A stretch of DNA of 64,000 nt from Daphnia carinata. Lineage: Eukaryota. Under the pieces are notes generated by a model. It was not told where the DNA came from, made no database searches, and saw only the letters and a list, made by a program, of their open reading frames with translations. The position numbers were made by a program, and so were the translations under genes. Each line of letters opens with the position of its first letter. The stretch's first letter is position 1. Below, in pieces: positions 35,896-47,339 of the stretch. The stretch spans positions 11,532,001-11,596,000 of the forward strand of contig NC_081333.1 of assembly GCF_022539665.2 (NCBI RefSeq). Reading direction: 5' to 3'.

Positions 35896-37130
35896 CTAAG
35901 GACAAATTTTAAAAATGTACTTATTAGAAACAGAATTTATCCTTGAAGGCATATTTTCAGACTTTCAAATATACAAATCTTTTCTTAAGTTAACTAATCA
36001 ACTTATCCTGTACAAAAATGCGCACTATTACGAACAACTGACAGAAACTTTTTACAGTAAAACGGTCCGTCATGACACCTTGATCACGTTAACAAAGCAT
36101 GGTATTGACTAACGTAGGCCTATTTACCAGCCTGTTTTTTTTTTATTTATTTTGGAAATATGTGATCTGAAAAAATCCAGGGTCTTTTACACTACCAGGC
36201 TAATCCATCTGTCAAGCTTTGCCTACCAAATCGATCTGACTTTTCTCAAACTATGAACTTTAATTGTCAACTCCAATTTCTTAGTAAAAAGGCATTGTGC
36301 ATTTAAAGAATAAGTATTATAGAAAACGAAATCCAGTCATTGGCAACGAATCAGCAAGGAAAGTGATGTCTATGCTACATGTTACAAAGAGATAAAAACC
36401 CTGTGTGAACCATGTCTATTACAATATTAACTTGCTGTTTCATTAGTTAACAGGAAATCATTAACAAGACAAGGTAAGAATGACGAAAACACCAATACCA
36501 CCAGTGGAGGTTTGCTTCATCTGCATTCATTTTTACATTCTGTCTCGACAAATTACTCAATAGCTGAAACACCAATATGCAAGCAAATCAGCATTCATTT
36601 CAGGCCAATCAAGTGTGAAATCCTTCGAAAGCATATGACAGAACATGAATTAGATATGAAACATTTACCTTTTAAATTTTGTGGTATGGTCTATGGTTGG
36701 CTACTTCTATTAAGCAGATTTAAGCATATTCATAGAATAATCTCAAAAACATTCCTTTGTTAAATTTCCCAACGTGTCACACACCATTTATCAAATTGTT
36801 CATGGTGCTTCTAATAGTTATAGGATTTAAATAAGTTAACGAATAAATCATCAATAACCTGAGTAAACAAAAGCAAAAACACCATACAATATACGTACTG
36901 TTTCTCCCCGATACGTTAGATAACGCCGATGTTCTTTAAATTTTTCTCGCTATGGTCTTGCCTATATCCTTTTCATCTCTGCATCAACCGAAATGTAGAT
37001 TTAAGGTGACTTAGGCCAAAAACAAAATAGACATAAATTAAATTTAATTAATGAATTTTCCTACTTTCAACAGTAGCTGCCAGCTGAGCTGCAGAGTGCA
37101 TTCATCTGCACCACTATACGCATCTACTAC

Positions 37131-37134
<4 letters not shown>

Positions 37135-37166
<32 letters not shown>
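37135..37166 (+). repeat. A32 homopolymer
   Basis: 32 consecutive A residues. Confidence 0.9.
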
Positions 37167-37167
<1 letters not shown>

Positions 37168-37626
37168 GGTATCGAAGAGGGTCACATTGCTCGATGATTA
37201 GCTGCCTGCATCCATGAACCTAGTGGCCATGGGGAGACTTACGAACAACCTACAAGTTCCGATTACCTCTTCTCTACCTGAGTTTGTGGGTCGATCTTCA
37301 ATCGACCGATCGACCGAAGATCGATTTTTTTGTGCCATTTTTAGCCCCTTTATAGTAGGCATGGCTTTTATTAGTGTGCAATTTTTAACCCGTTTACAGT
37401 AGGCATGGCTCTTCTTTTTTCTCTTCTTTTCACTTTTCTATCCAGCGTTGCCATTTGGTGTAAATGATGTCCGAAGCGAGAAAGTAGAATCTTGCGTAAT
37501 CCATTGTAATGAAGATGCTGAATGTGCCGTAATCCGATGAGATGAAGAATCTTGAGAGTCTTGAATGATGATATGGAAGGCTGGGAGCGAAGGGAGCGTG
37601 GAGGGAAGAGAGGGCTTGGAAATTGG

Positions 37627-37697
37627 AAGTAGCGGGATTTGAACCCGGGACCGACAGAATACAAAGCGAGTGTGACAACCACTGTGCCAGGGCCGCA
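37627..37697 (-). repeat. tRNA-derived unit with intact A and B boxes
   Basis: TGGCACAGTGG (A box) and GGTTCAAATCC (B box) at tRNA spacing. The cloverleaf is not intact. Confidence 0.55.
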
Positions 37698-37765
37698 CAT
37701 CCACATCAAATTTTGCATTGATTGTCACCAAGATAGCCAGCCTATGTACATAACAGGTGTAAGTG

Positions 37766-37836
37766 AAGTATGGCGTTATGACATAGTTCGCGGGTGCCAT
37801 CCTAATTACACGGGTTCGAATCTTTGTTGTCATGCT
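37766..37836 (+). repeat. Degenerate tRNA-like unit
   Basis: GGGTTCGAATC B box, a weak A box and a TGCCA loop-like segment. Confidence 0.35.
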
Positions 37837-38351
37837 ATTAAATTTTTTTATAAAGATATTTATTTTTATATTAATATTGATATTTATATTATATTGATAT
37901 TTTTTTTAGTCTATATTATTGTGCAAAGCACCCGCTATCCCTGCCCGTCGGCTTACGTGCTGTCGCCCACCCGAAAAGTTGCTGATATCCACGTTTCCAT
38001 CCACATTGTAGCGTTCCAGAACCCCATCTCGCCGATTCACTCCCGCCGGTTGCGTTTTTGACGTAGCCCCCCGCCAGCCAATCACAGCAAATGCACAACG
38101 TGACAGCCACACAAAAGTCCGCCCCCTTTTTCCTTGTTGCTTGATAGAGAAGAGAGATGTTTTAGGCTCACTTGTTCACTACAACACATTACTAGACATT
38201 ACATTTTACCAAGAACAAACAAATGACAGACGCCGTAACCATGGCAACGTCGCCAGTCAGTACGATTGTAACTTGCAAATAAAAATCAAAGTTGGTTTTA
38301 TGCCTTGAAGAGCATATTCCCCAAAAAAAAGTGCAATAGAAAGTCGAATAA

Positions 38352-39168
38352 ATGCTGTACCATAACTTCCGCATATTTTTTCAGTCAAAAATTTGCCCAA
38401 ATGTAAGGGGACGAACTTTCCGTGGTTTTTATACGTGCCAAACCCTTTACGAAACCGAGAAAAGAGGAACAAACACTGAAAAACTCGTCCTCTCAACTTC
38501 AAAAAATGATGGGGTTGGTGTTCCGTTGGGTTCCAAAGGTGTGGATGGTTAATAAAATATGTGTAATTATTTAGTTCATTAACATCTATTTGCTTTCAGT
38601 TAAAGATGCTGGAAAAACTGTTTGGTACACTGGAATTGTAGTCATTGGCTTTCTTGCAACTGGAGCCCTTCTATTTGCTGTGATAAAAGAACTTCTGTGG
38701 AGTGAAAGCCCCCAATCTGTATACTCAGATGCCCTGAAGAAATGCACTGAATGTTCAAGAATGAAAGATTTGCTTGGGGAACCAATCACTGGGTTCTGTG
38801 ATGGCTCTGGTCGGAGAGGCCGAACAAATTTAAGGTTTTAAATTAAAGAAAAAGCTAACTTGGGTCTATAAATTTTAGTTTTATTTTAATGGTGTAGGCA
38901 TAGCTTTTATGTAAAAGATGGTGTAGAACACCTACAAATCAGGTAAATTGGAAACTTAATAAGAAAAACTTGGTTATACATTCATTTTCCTTTGCCCAGG
39001 TTTTATGTAAAAGGTATTCGCAACCAAGCCACGGTTAATGCAGTAATGGAAAAAACGACTGGAAAATTTGAATACAAGTACTTGGTGGCTGAAACAGAAA
39101 ATTACCCAAAAGAAAAAATATTCCTTATTGATAATAGAAAATATGGGGTGAACTTACAGGAATGTTGA
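38352..39168 (+). CDS. TIMM21: Mitochondrial import inner membrane translocase subunit Tim21 (4 exons)
   Basis: Presequence-like N-terminus, KVKDAGKTVWYTGIVVIG (TM), ELLWSESPQSVYSDAL, LLGEPITGF..GRRGR, FYVKG and FEYKYLV..IFLIDNR. Confidence 0.9.
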
Positions 39169-39412
39169 ATAGCTGTCAGAGAATTACCCTAATGAAAAAA
39201 TATTAATTATTGATAACAGAAAACATGTTGCAAATATTTAGGATTTAAGAATAGTTGAAGGTGAAATTACAAAAGAATAAATCCTGATACTTGTAAGTTG
39301 TGTATTTTAAAAACTTCATTGAAAGGAATTGTTCAGTCAGACGATGCAATGGACGGAATGATTTAACATGTTTAAGATGCACTTTTACAACATGGGTCAT
39401 TAAAAACTACCA

Positions 39413-40098
39413 TTATGAGCGTCCTATATATATATAGGCAGAAATTGCTAAAACTCCAATAAAAATGAGATGTAAACTGGAATGCAGTGATGCTCCTGTC
39501 AACTGTACAAAAAAATATGAATTAAATGAATAATGTATTTTCTAAAGTAAGAAACATAACACAAAATACTGTACCGTAACAAAGTAGTTGCAACGATCAC
39601 CCTGGCAGCATTCTGAACACCTCCAATCGAGGTACCAAATTCTTTCACAGTAAGGTAGGGTTTCGTTCCAAGTCTTCTCACAAAAACTCTTTGTTGCACA
39701 TTGTTTGGAGACATAATATTGCTTGTCAGCATTAATAGTCCAATAAGGATGACCTAATTTTTAAATGACAATCATGCTTTATATACCATCAAACTGCACA
39801 AGATAATCATTTGTTTAAATGGGCAACATACTTCCCCATGCAATTGTTGTCAAACAATAGTCTTCCCCAGGTTCACAAGTTCTAATCGTTCTGAGACATT
39901 TCTCCGTATTTCCGTTCTGTGTAGTACAAACATAGCACTCGAGCGAATCACCTGAAGAATGCAAACAAAAACGAGAGAATGAATGGTAACTTTGTTAAGG
40001 GTACCGAAACACTACTTTTTTAGGGAAACAACTTTACCGAAGTTAAAGAATAGAACGAAATAGAATAAAACAGCTAAGAATTTTATGTAAACAACCAT
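39413..40098 (-). CDS. Ly6/uPAR three-finger GPI-anchored protein resembling Drosophila coiled-type septate-junction Ly6 proteins
   Basis: Signal peptide, LECYVC..NTEKCL.TI.TC..C..WG, QYYVSKQCAT, C..IWY.DW.CSECCQGDRCNY and a hydrophobic GPI-type tail. Confidence 0.88.
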
Positions 40099-40731
40099 CT
40101 TCGCTGAATGCGAAGGTCTGTTAATCTTTCCCGCAGTTTGGGAGGAATCTGTCAGTAAATGAATAAAAATTGTTACGCCACAACAGACGAGAAGTGAAAC
40201 TGGAAAAAAACACAGTAAAATGCAAAGTTACACGCCCTTAGAAGTTGCCAGATCTAATGGTTCGCGATCAAAATTCGGGTAGGTAGCTCGGCCCCGAAAA
40301 CCTAAAGCCCCACGCACCGCGCCACCCACATCGAAAAAAGAAAAATTTAATCCCAATCAGTACGGGTTATTCTCCGGTGATGGTGTCACCGGCCAATACA
40401 GTTTTGAAAATTGCACCATTTTGTATGTTACGCGGTGTTATTCACACGAATATTTTTACTATTACAAGTTAGAAAATCAATAATTTTTGGTTGAGCACCG
40501 GGACCGTGGATCAGAACGTTGGAGTTTTTGTTGTTTCAGTAACTCAAGCAACGTGAATGTGTAAAGAAGCATAAACGTATCGAGGGGGTAGAAAAGGTCT
40601 TTTTAAATATCATTGCCAAACGGGGTACGAAAGCAACGCGATCGGGGTTTACGATCGAGGTTTGCTATTACAATCCTGAGCAGGCAAAAAAAAATGGTGC
40701 GCTGTGTATCGAAAAACCGGCACTGAACATT

Positions 40732-41918
40732 CCAACTTGGTCTCCGTCACCTAGGCCAACTGTTTGGCTCTTGCATTGAGCCAGACAGTTGGCCTAGGTG
40801 ACGGGTTTTTCGAAGTCTCTTCTAGCCAATGTACTTTTACAATTTTAACTTTATTATTATACTTATATTAATACTTTTGCAAATTTAAAGTAGGATTTCC
40901 CAAAACAAAAATAAATCACATATCTTTTTCAGAGTTTTTGTTGTCCAAAGATATAGTGGATACATACGGTAAAAAAAATGCTTTTGTTCTCAATTTTTTT
41001 TGTTTTGGAAAAACCTACTTTATATTTCAGAGAAATCGAAAGCACTTATTAAGAGCTATTCGTTGCAATAAAAATTATTCATTTTTGACTCCTACTTTGT
41101 CCGTTAATAAATATTTTATTTTTAGATGGTTTATAGGAGGAGGGGAAACTACGATAAGTTGTAAACTTTGGGCCTTTCGTACGGGTATTTTTGATGAATG
41201 TTATGTACAATAGATGTAATATTTAGATTCCTTATAACACTAGAAATGTTTTAGTGTATATTACACAACAAAATTTGTCAAATTAGTTGAACAAACTCTA
41301 AATTATTAAAAGCCAATCATAGTCAAGAAGACAGAAGCCATTGTTTTTTGGCGGATGTTTTAAATTTCCTATTGTTGTCTAGGTAAGAAAAAGTTTGAAA
41401 ACAAGTCATGCAGTTATATATCAGTCTTGGGGTGTAGCTGTATGATATTATAATTAAAAAAACTTATTTTCTTTTCAATTGGTTTATTTTTTAATATTCA
41501 TATACTTTTGTATTGCCTTGCTATACATTTTACATACATCCAAAACAATAATTAGTGAGGTAATTGCAAAAAAAGAAAGTTTTTTTTTACTTACAGTCCT
41601 GAACAAAAGGACCAAAACAATAATTAGTGAGGTAATTGCAAAAAAAGAAAGTTTTTTTTACTTACAGTCCTGAACAAACGGACAAAGGTTATTTACACTG
41701 AAAGTCACTTAAAATGTCGAAATATCAATAAAAAAAAGTCACTGAAATGTCACCTAAGCAGACGAATTTCAAACGTCAAAGCCGGTGGATAAGCAATTGC
41801 GCACAAGAAGAATACGGGCATTGGCTAGAAGAGACTTCGAAAAACCCGTCACCTAGGCCAACTGTCTGGCTCAATGCAAGAGCCAAACAGTTGGCCTAGG
41901 TGACGGAGACCAAGTTGG
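40732..41918. mobile_element. 1187 bp non-coding element bounded by identical 100 bp inverted repeats
   Basis: 40732-40831 is the exact reverse complement of 41819-41918. The interior is AT-rich and no TSD is visible. Confidence 0.75.
41540..41683 (+). repeat. Two-copy ~72 bp tandem duplication
   Basis: CCAAAACAATAATTAGTGAGG..CAGTCCTGAACAAA starts at 41540 and again at 41612. Confidence 0.9.
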
Positions 41919-42227
41919 CCGAGTCCTAGTACCGTTACAGTATACTATACTACAGAAGACACAGTTACACACCCGTGTCTCTGTGAACAACAGGAACCAA
42001 TAGCCGCAGAGATCTATGCACTACGAATAGTTTTTCTATGACGCACTAAAAGCAGGCGGGGCATATATGAGACCTTGAAACAGGATTTGCTCTGGGATTT
42101 GCTTTTGAGAGGGAGTTGATAGTAATAACAAGACTTTTAAGCGTGCGTAGAAGCTAGAAGTTTAATCGTCACATGTTTGGTTGAAACCTTTTCCCCATTT
42201 GCTTTCAAATACCGTTTATTGAACAGA

Positions 42228-44741
42228 ATGACCACTTCTCAACAATTATTTCGGCTGCATTGGAAAAACCATTCGCCAAACTTTGTGACTGTCTTTTCCC
42301 AGTTGTTGAATACAGAATCCCTAGTGGATGTGACATTGGCTGCTGATGGAAAACAGATTCAAGCCCATCGTGTAGTGTTGTCAGCCTGTAGCACTTACTT
42401 TCAGGTACAATGCATTTGGTTTGTAAACAGGAACTAAGTTGTTTATGTTCCTGTTTTTTTTTTTAGGACCTATTCGTTTCACATCCTTGTCAACATCCAA
42501 TTGTCCTATTGAAAGATATAAGATATGAGGACCTTCACACGGTTATTCATTTTATGTATTATGGTGAAGTAAACATAAAACATGATCAACTCAATTCAAT
42601 TCTTAAGGTAAAAATATTGATCTCATGTTCAACATAAAAAGATGGAAACTTATCAAAAGGGGCTTTGGAGCTATTTAGAAATAATTTCATTTGGATCAAA
42701 TAGATACGATCTTGTAGACACTTTGGGAGTGATCAAGTTAATTGTTTTATTTTTATATGGTCTCTTTAATAAAGGATTTTTGAGAAAAATCAAGGGAATT
42801 CCATTAGCAAAATACATATGCTCGTAATCATTCCATAATTTTATTTCTAAAAATGTAAATTCCTCTCTAAATTTTAACAGACTGCCGAAGTCCTGCATGT
42901 GAAAGGATTTGCAGATGTAGCAGACAAGGAATCATTCAGTGCGGCTCTTTTGACCCAGCAAACTCGGTCGTTAGATAATTTTCCAGAAAGTCAACAACAC
43001 TCTGAACAGTCACAAGAACACCCAGGAGAAAGTGCCTCGGCTGCCAAGCGTAAACGCCAAAGACATGGATCTGGTAGTATCCAGTTGAAATCAGGGCCCC
43101 AAGACCAACCATCTCCTAATTCACCCCTTCAAAAGAGGCAAAGTTTTCAGAGTAGCAAGCAAACAACAGATTTATCAACCAGGTTTGTGCCTCCATTCCA
43201 CCAGGGTTTGCCTACTTCTGACTTCAATTTTTTATCCGCAGATCTTCAAGCAGTCTTGACAGCACATCGGTTATCAAATCACAGAGCAGTCTTGCGGGAC
43301 AAAGTTCCGTAGAATCCAACGTTGACATGGAATATTTTCCCAAAGAAAGTGATCTTAAACCAGTAAGCTGTATTATCTATAGCGATTTTAGGTATTATCG
43401 TTGCTGATTTGTTGGTTCGATCCAGCCCCCTATTAGTTCAACCGGTTCCCTTGATACTGCAACCGCTATGATGGAGAATGGAGCTTCGTGTGGTCTACCC
43501 TTGTCAAAGCAGAAAAGGATCTTAATGCGACAAGATTGTGTGACAAGAAAAGAAGGCGATAAGGACGCCATTGGTGGTGGTGAAAGCGAACGTGCCTCTC
43601 CTATAGTTCATACCTTTCAACCTATTCTCCCCAAGTATTTGATATCTTTAAATCGTTTTAGACTGAAGCTTAATTCTTCAATTCAAAGGATATTGAAAAG
43701 CAACAGTGAAACTGAATTATCCGATTCGAGACCGCGATCTCAAAATACAGCATATCTTCAAGTACCTTCACGACCGACTGCCCCCCAGGTGATTGGGCAG
43801 CGATCTCAACCCATTCAACCTCGCCCATCAGGTACAACCCTGTCACCTGCCTCGGGCGTCGCCACAAGTCCATCCTCACCTCAACCAATGAACATACCCA
43901 CAGTAGCTGTTACACCTGTCAGTGCCGCCCCAAACATTGTAATTGAGCATTATCCTACCATTATACGCTTAGTTTCCATTGAGGAAATGAATACTGTAGC
44001 AGAACCCCCAACCTCCACGCCTCCCACGCTTACTAGAGCTTCAAGTTGTATAGGTAAGATGAAATTATCGATAACGATGATTTAGATCTTATGGAATGGA
44101 CACGTATTTTAAATGTTTACTCTAAAATATGCATGAACTGTTATTTACACAATCTTTGTCGTTGGTTCTGACAGGTGGAACCGCCACCGATACTTTACAA
44201 GTACCTTGTTTTACTGTGGATACTGTTCCGTCATCATCTTCCCATAGCTCGCCGAAGCTTCGTGTAAGTTTTCTTTATAGTTTCAAAATTCACATTTGAA
44301 ATAATAATGTTATAATTTTAAAATAGGTCAAGGCAGAAGAAAATTTGAGAAGATCGATTTCTAATCCTGGCGTGTCTTCTTCCCCGCCCGTCTCCACTCC
44401 CAGCACCAACGGTCACTGTCCAGTACTGCGAACAGGGGCCGCCCTCGGGTGCAATTACTGTTGGAACACTAATGACAGCCATGGCCGGATTTTAAGGAGA
44501 AAAACAAAGTATCATTGCCCAGATTGCCAGGCAAATTTGTGTATTGTTCCCTGTTTTCAGGTTAGTTACGCAATTACATTGATTCAAACAATTCATTAAC
44601 AAAGCTAACTAATTAAAAAATTTTTTTGTTCAGGAATATCATGAGAAATATGTTTCATCCTCCAGTGAAACTAAAACCAGTGGGTCCCAGCAAAAAGGAT
44701 CGAATACTAGCCATCAGATGTTCAAAATGAGTTCGTTTTGA
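42228..44741 (+). CDS. Tramtrack-type BTB protein with a C-terminal piggyBac-like Cys-rich domain
   Basis: FRLHWKNH..LVDVTLAADG..AHRVVLSACSTYF..HPIVLL..FMYYGEV..AEVLHVKG (ttk-type BTB). C-terminus CNYC..RRKTKYHCPDCQANLCIVPCFQEYH. Stop TGA at 44739-44741. Confidence 0.9.
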
Positions 44742-45848
44742 GGTATCAAGGTTGTTGAACGAATGTGCAATTAGTTTTGTGCGTTAGTCCATCGCAAAAC
44801 TATTTCCCCCTTTTGATGTTTCTCGAGTTTTTCACAGTTATCTCGACACAAACCTCCCCTTCTTCATGACTGCCGTTTGTGTAATTGGACAACGTTGTTA
44901 CGGTTGTTCAATAGCTTCAGCACCTACTTTGATGAGACGCTGATGCGAGGCGTAATAGCCGAGGGCGTTTATGATTTACTTGTTAAGTAAAGAAGAAAAT
45001 TCATTCCGATACCCATAAGCAAAATTTTACTTAAGGCTGTTTTACCATGCATTTATCGACAATCCATCGTGCTGAGGACAACGTGTTCGATGCACAATCA
45101 AGCTTTGTTACAAGTTTTTCTACATTTCAGTCAGTTAACCAAAGTGCTCCTGTGAATTCCTTCATGTTTGTTCTTTCTCCTTGTCATAGGGTGCCTTTCC
45201 CGTTCTTCGTCAAAGAGTTATTGTTTGTTTTATTCACGGAAATTATCATAGCTTTTATTTTCGTGGTGAGATTCACAATGTACTGTACATATGCATATGC
45301 CGACCACTCACGTTCCATAAAGAGTGTACAGTTTATCAATGTTAAAACAATACTTCCCAGGGCAATGATTTCTTGCAAATTTAAAACCTTTTAGCCATTG
45401 TAAAAATGCACCAGGTGCCATTATTTCGCCCTCAAATACAAAATGCTTGCTCCTTTCATTTTTAATTAATATTTCTAACTTGCCATGGAACACAAGAGAA
45501 AATGCTCTATTGTTTAAAATGACACTCGTATAGAATCATAACGATGAACATTACTTGTATTTTGAACAGTACTTGGGAAAAGAAGAGTGGACACATATTC
45601 TTTCTGCTCTTCAAAATTAACTTACTTGATAATAAGAAGTTTAGGAGCTATGCCATCCTACTAAGAAAAGGCTATGAAAATCTAATGCCTTCATAAATGT
45701 GCATGGCACGTCGAACTCAATTGGGCATATAGGAAAGTCAATCTACATGATAAAGTGAAGGAAAAATTTACAACCGCGTTATGAAGATTGCTGGCATACT
45801 AGTAAATGGAGTTGAAAAATAGAAAACATTTCTAATTTAGTGAATTTA

Positions 45849-47339
45849 TTAACTGTAGCTGGCACGAACGCAGCGATCACCCTTTGGAAGGCACGGTCGG
45901 AAGTTGGTTAAAATGCATTCCGCCATCTCGTTTGCGGCGCAGCATTGTTCTCGATCGCCACAGTACATTGAACGGAAAGCTTCCAGCTATGACAGTGGAA
46001 TACGCAGTTGATAACAAAGGATTCCTTACTATTAAAAACCACTTGCGTTACCTGTTCATGAGACATTTGAATCGGATCCTTGTAAACAATCCAGATAACA
46101 CATTCCGAACAAGGGGGTGTCGTTAACGATCCCAAGTATGTCCAGTATGGTCGTGGCTCGTTAGCTAAAAACGCTTACGTCAGTATGTTAAGATATTGTG
46201 TCATAGTATTTAAGGACTCCTTACTTGGCATCAGTTTAGAGGGATCTAGCTCCAGATTATCGGTGAGCTTGACTGTTTCATCTTTAAATTTGATGTTATT
46301 CAGAGCCCTGATAAGATTGTTGGCCTCTCCATGCTCTTTACCAGCCTAGAAGAATTAAAAACTAGTTTTTTTTGGGCTAGGTATAAGTTCGATGTATAGT
46401 TTACCTCGACGAAGACACCCAGCACGGCGAGACCATCTCCATGTTTCAAGGCCTCAGAAAAACTGCCATACTTGGTGTTCCAGTGGACGAAATGAAGCTG
46501 CAATCGATGTTAAAGACAAAACGTTATCACAACGTTTGGTAAGTAAAGTTGAGACGTTTTACCTCGCCAGCATAGGATTTTCCGTCGACCGTGTGTTCAG
46601 ATCCAATGGAATCTATTCCAGCATAATAATAAGACAATGATTTTACTTCTTCTTCTTTACCGAAACAGTTAATACGATTACCATTTGCTCCCCAGTGGCA
46701 GTGATATTGCTCCAGTTGGTAGGTGTCCTTCAACGGGCCGCCTTGTAACGTAGATCCTTCGCCATGTACGTGGGCCTTCCAGCAGTAACCAGTGTTTGTC
46801 ACATCAACCGTATGTTTTGGCCAATTCCAGGTGAGCTGTCGGCTACTCAATTTGGGATCGAGCGTTACATCAGATGTCTGGATATCGATGGGTGACTGCC
46901 GCTGACCGGCAGCTTCGGCGTAGTTTTCAGCCCAGGTATGAGGCCCTATAAATCGTATAAATTATATACTAATTTCGGTACACCAAACGATCACAGTTTC
47001 TATTTGCTAATTATTTTAAGTTCAAACACCTATAATATAAACAAGTACGAGTTATTTTATGGCAAACAATGAAATCTTTCACGCATAATGCCCATCCCAG
47101 TACATTTGTCACTGCCTAATGTACTCCTCGACGTAAAACGTCACGCGCTCGCTCTATCAGGAAATTTGTGTCATTCGCCTGACGGATGTCTTTATATTTG
47201 TTAAAGCAATAGCACAATTGTTGTGAATTAAGAACGCCAATTCCAAAAAAACCTTAACAGTTGGATAGCGCATTTAACTAGGCTTCAATTCAAATTTTCA
47301 TTTACCGTTAGTGCTTTTGTAACCCCAGTTATGCGCCAT
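45849..47339 (-). CDS. Cytosolic alpha-carbonic anhydrase
   Basis: [67 protein letters not shown] and NFRP. The three Zn-ligand His are intact and there is no signal peptide. Confidence 0.95.

Noticed and set aside
30033..37836. Functional tRNA genes
   Set aside because: All five units lack a full acceptor stem and/or a canonical anticodon loop, so they are reported as tRNA-derived repeats.
41540..41683. CRISPR-like array
   Set aside because: Only two adjacent copies without spacers in eukaryotic DNA; it is a simple tandem duplication.
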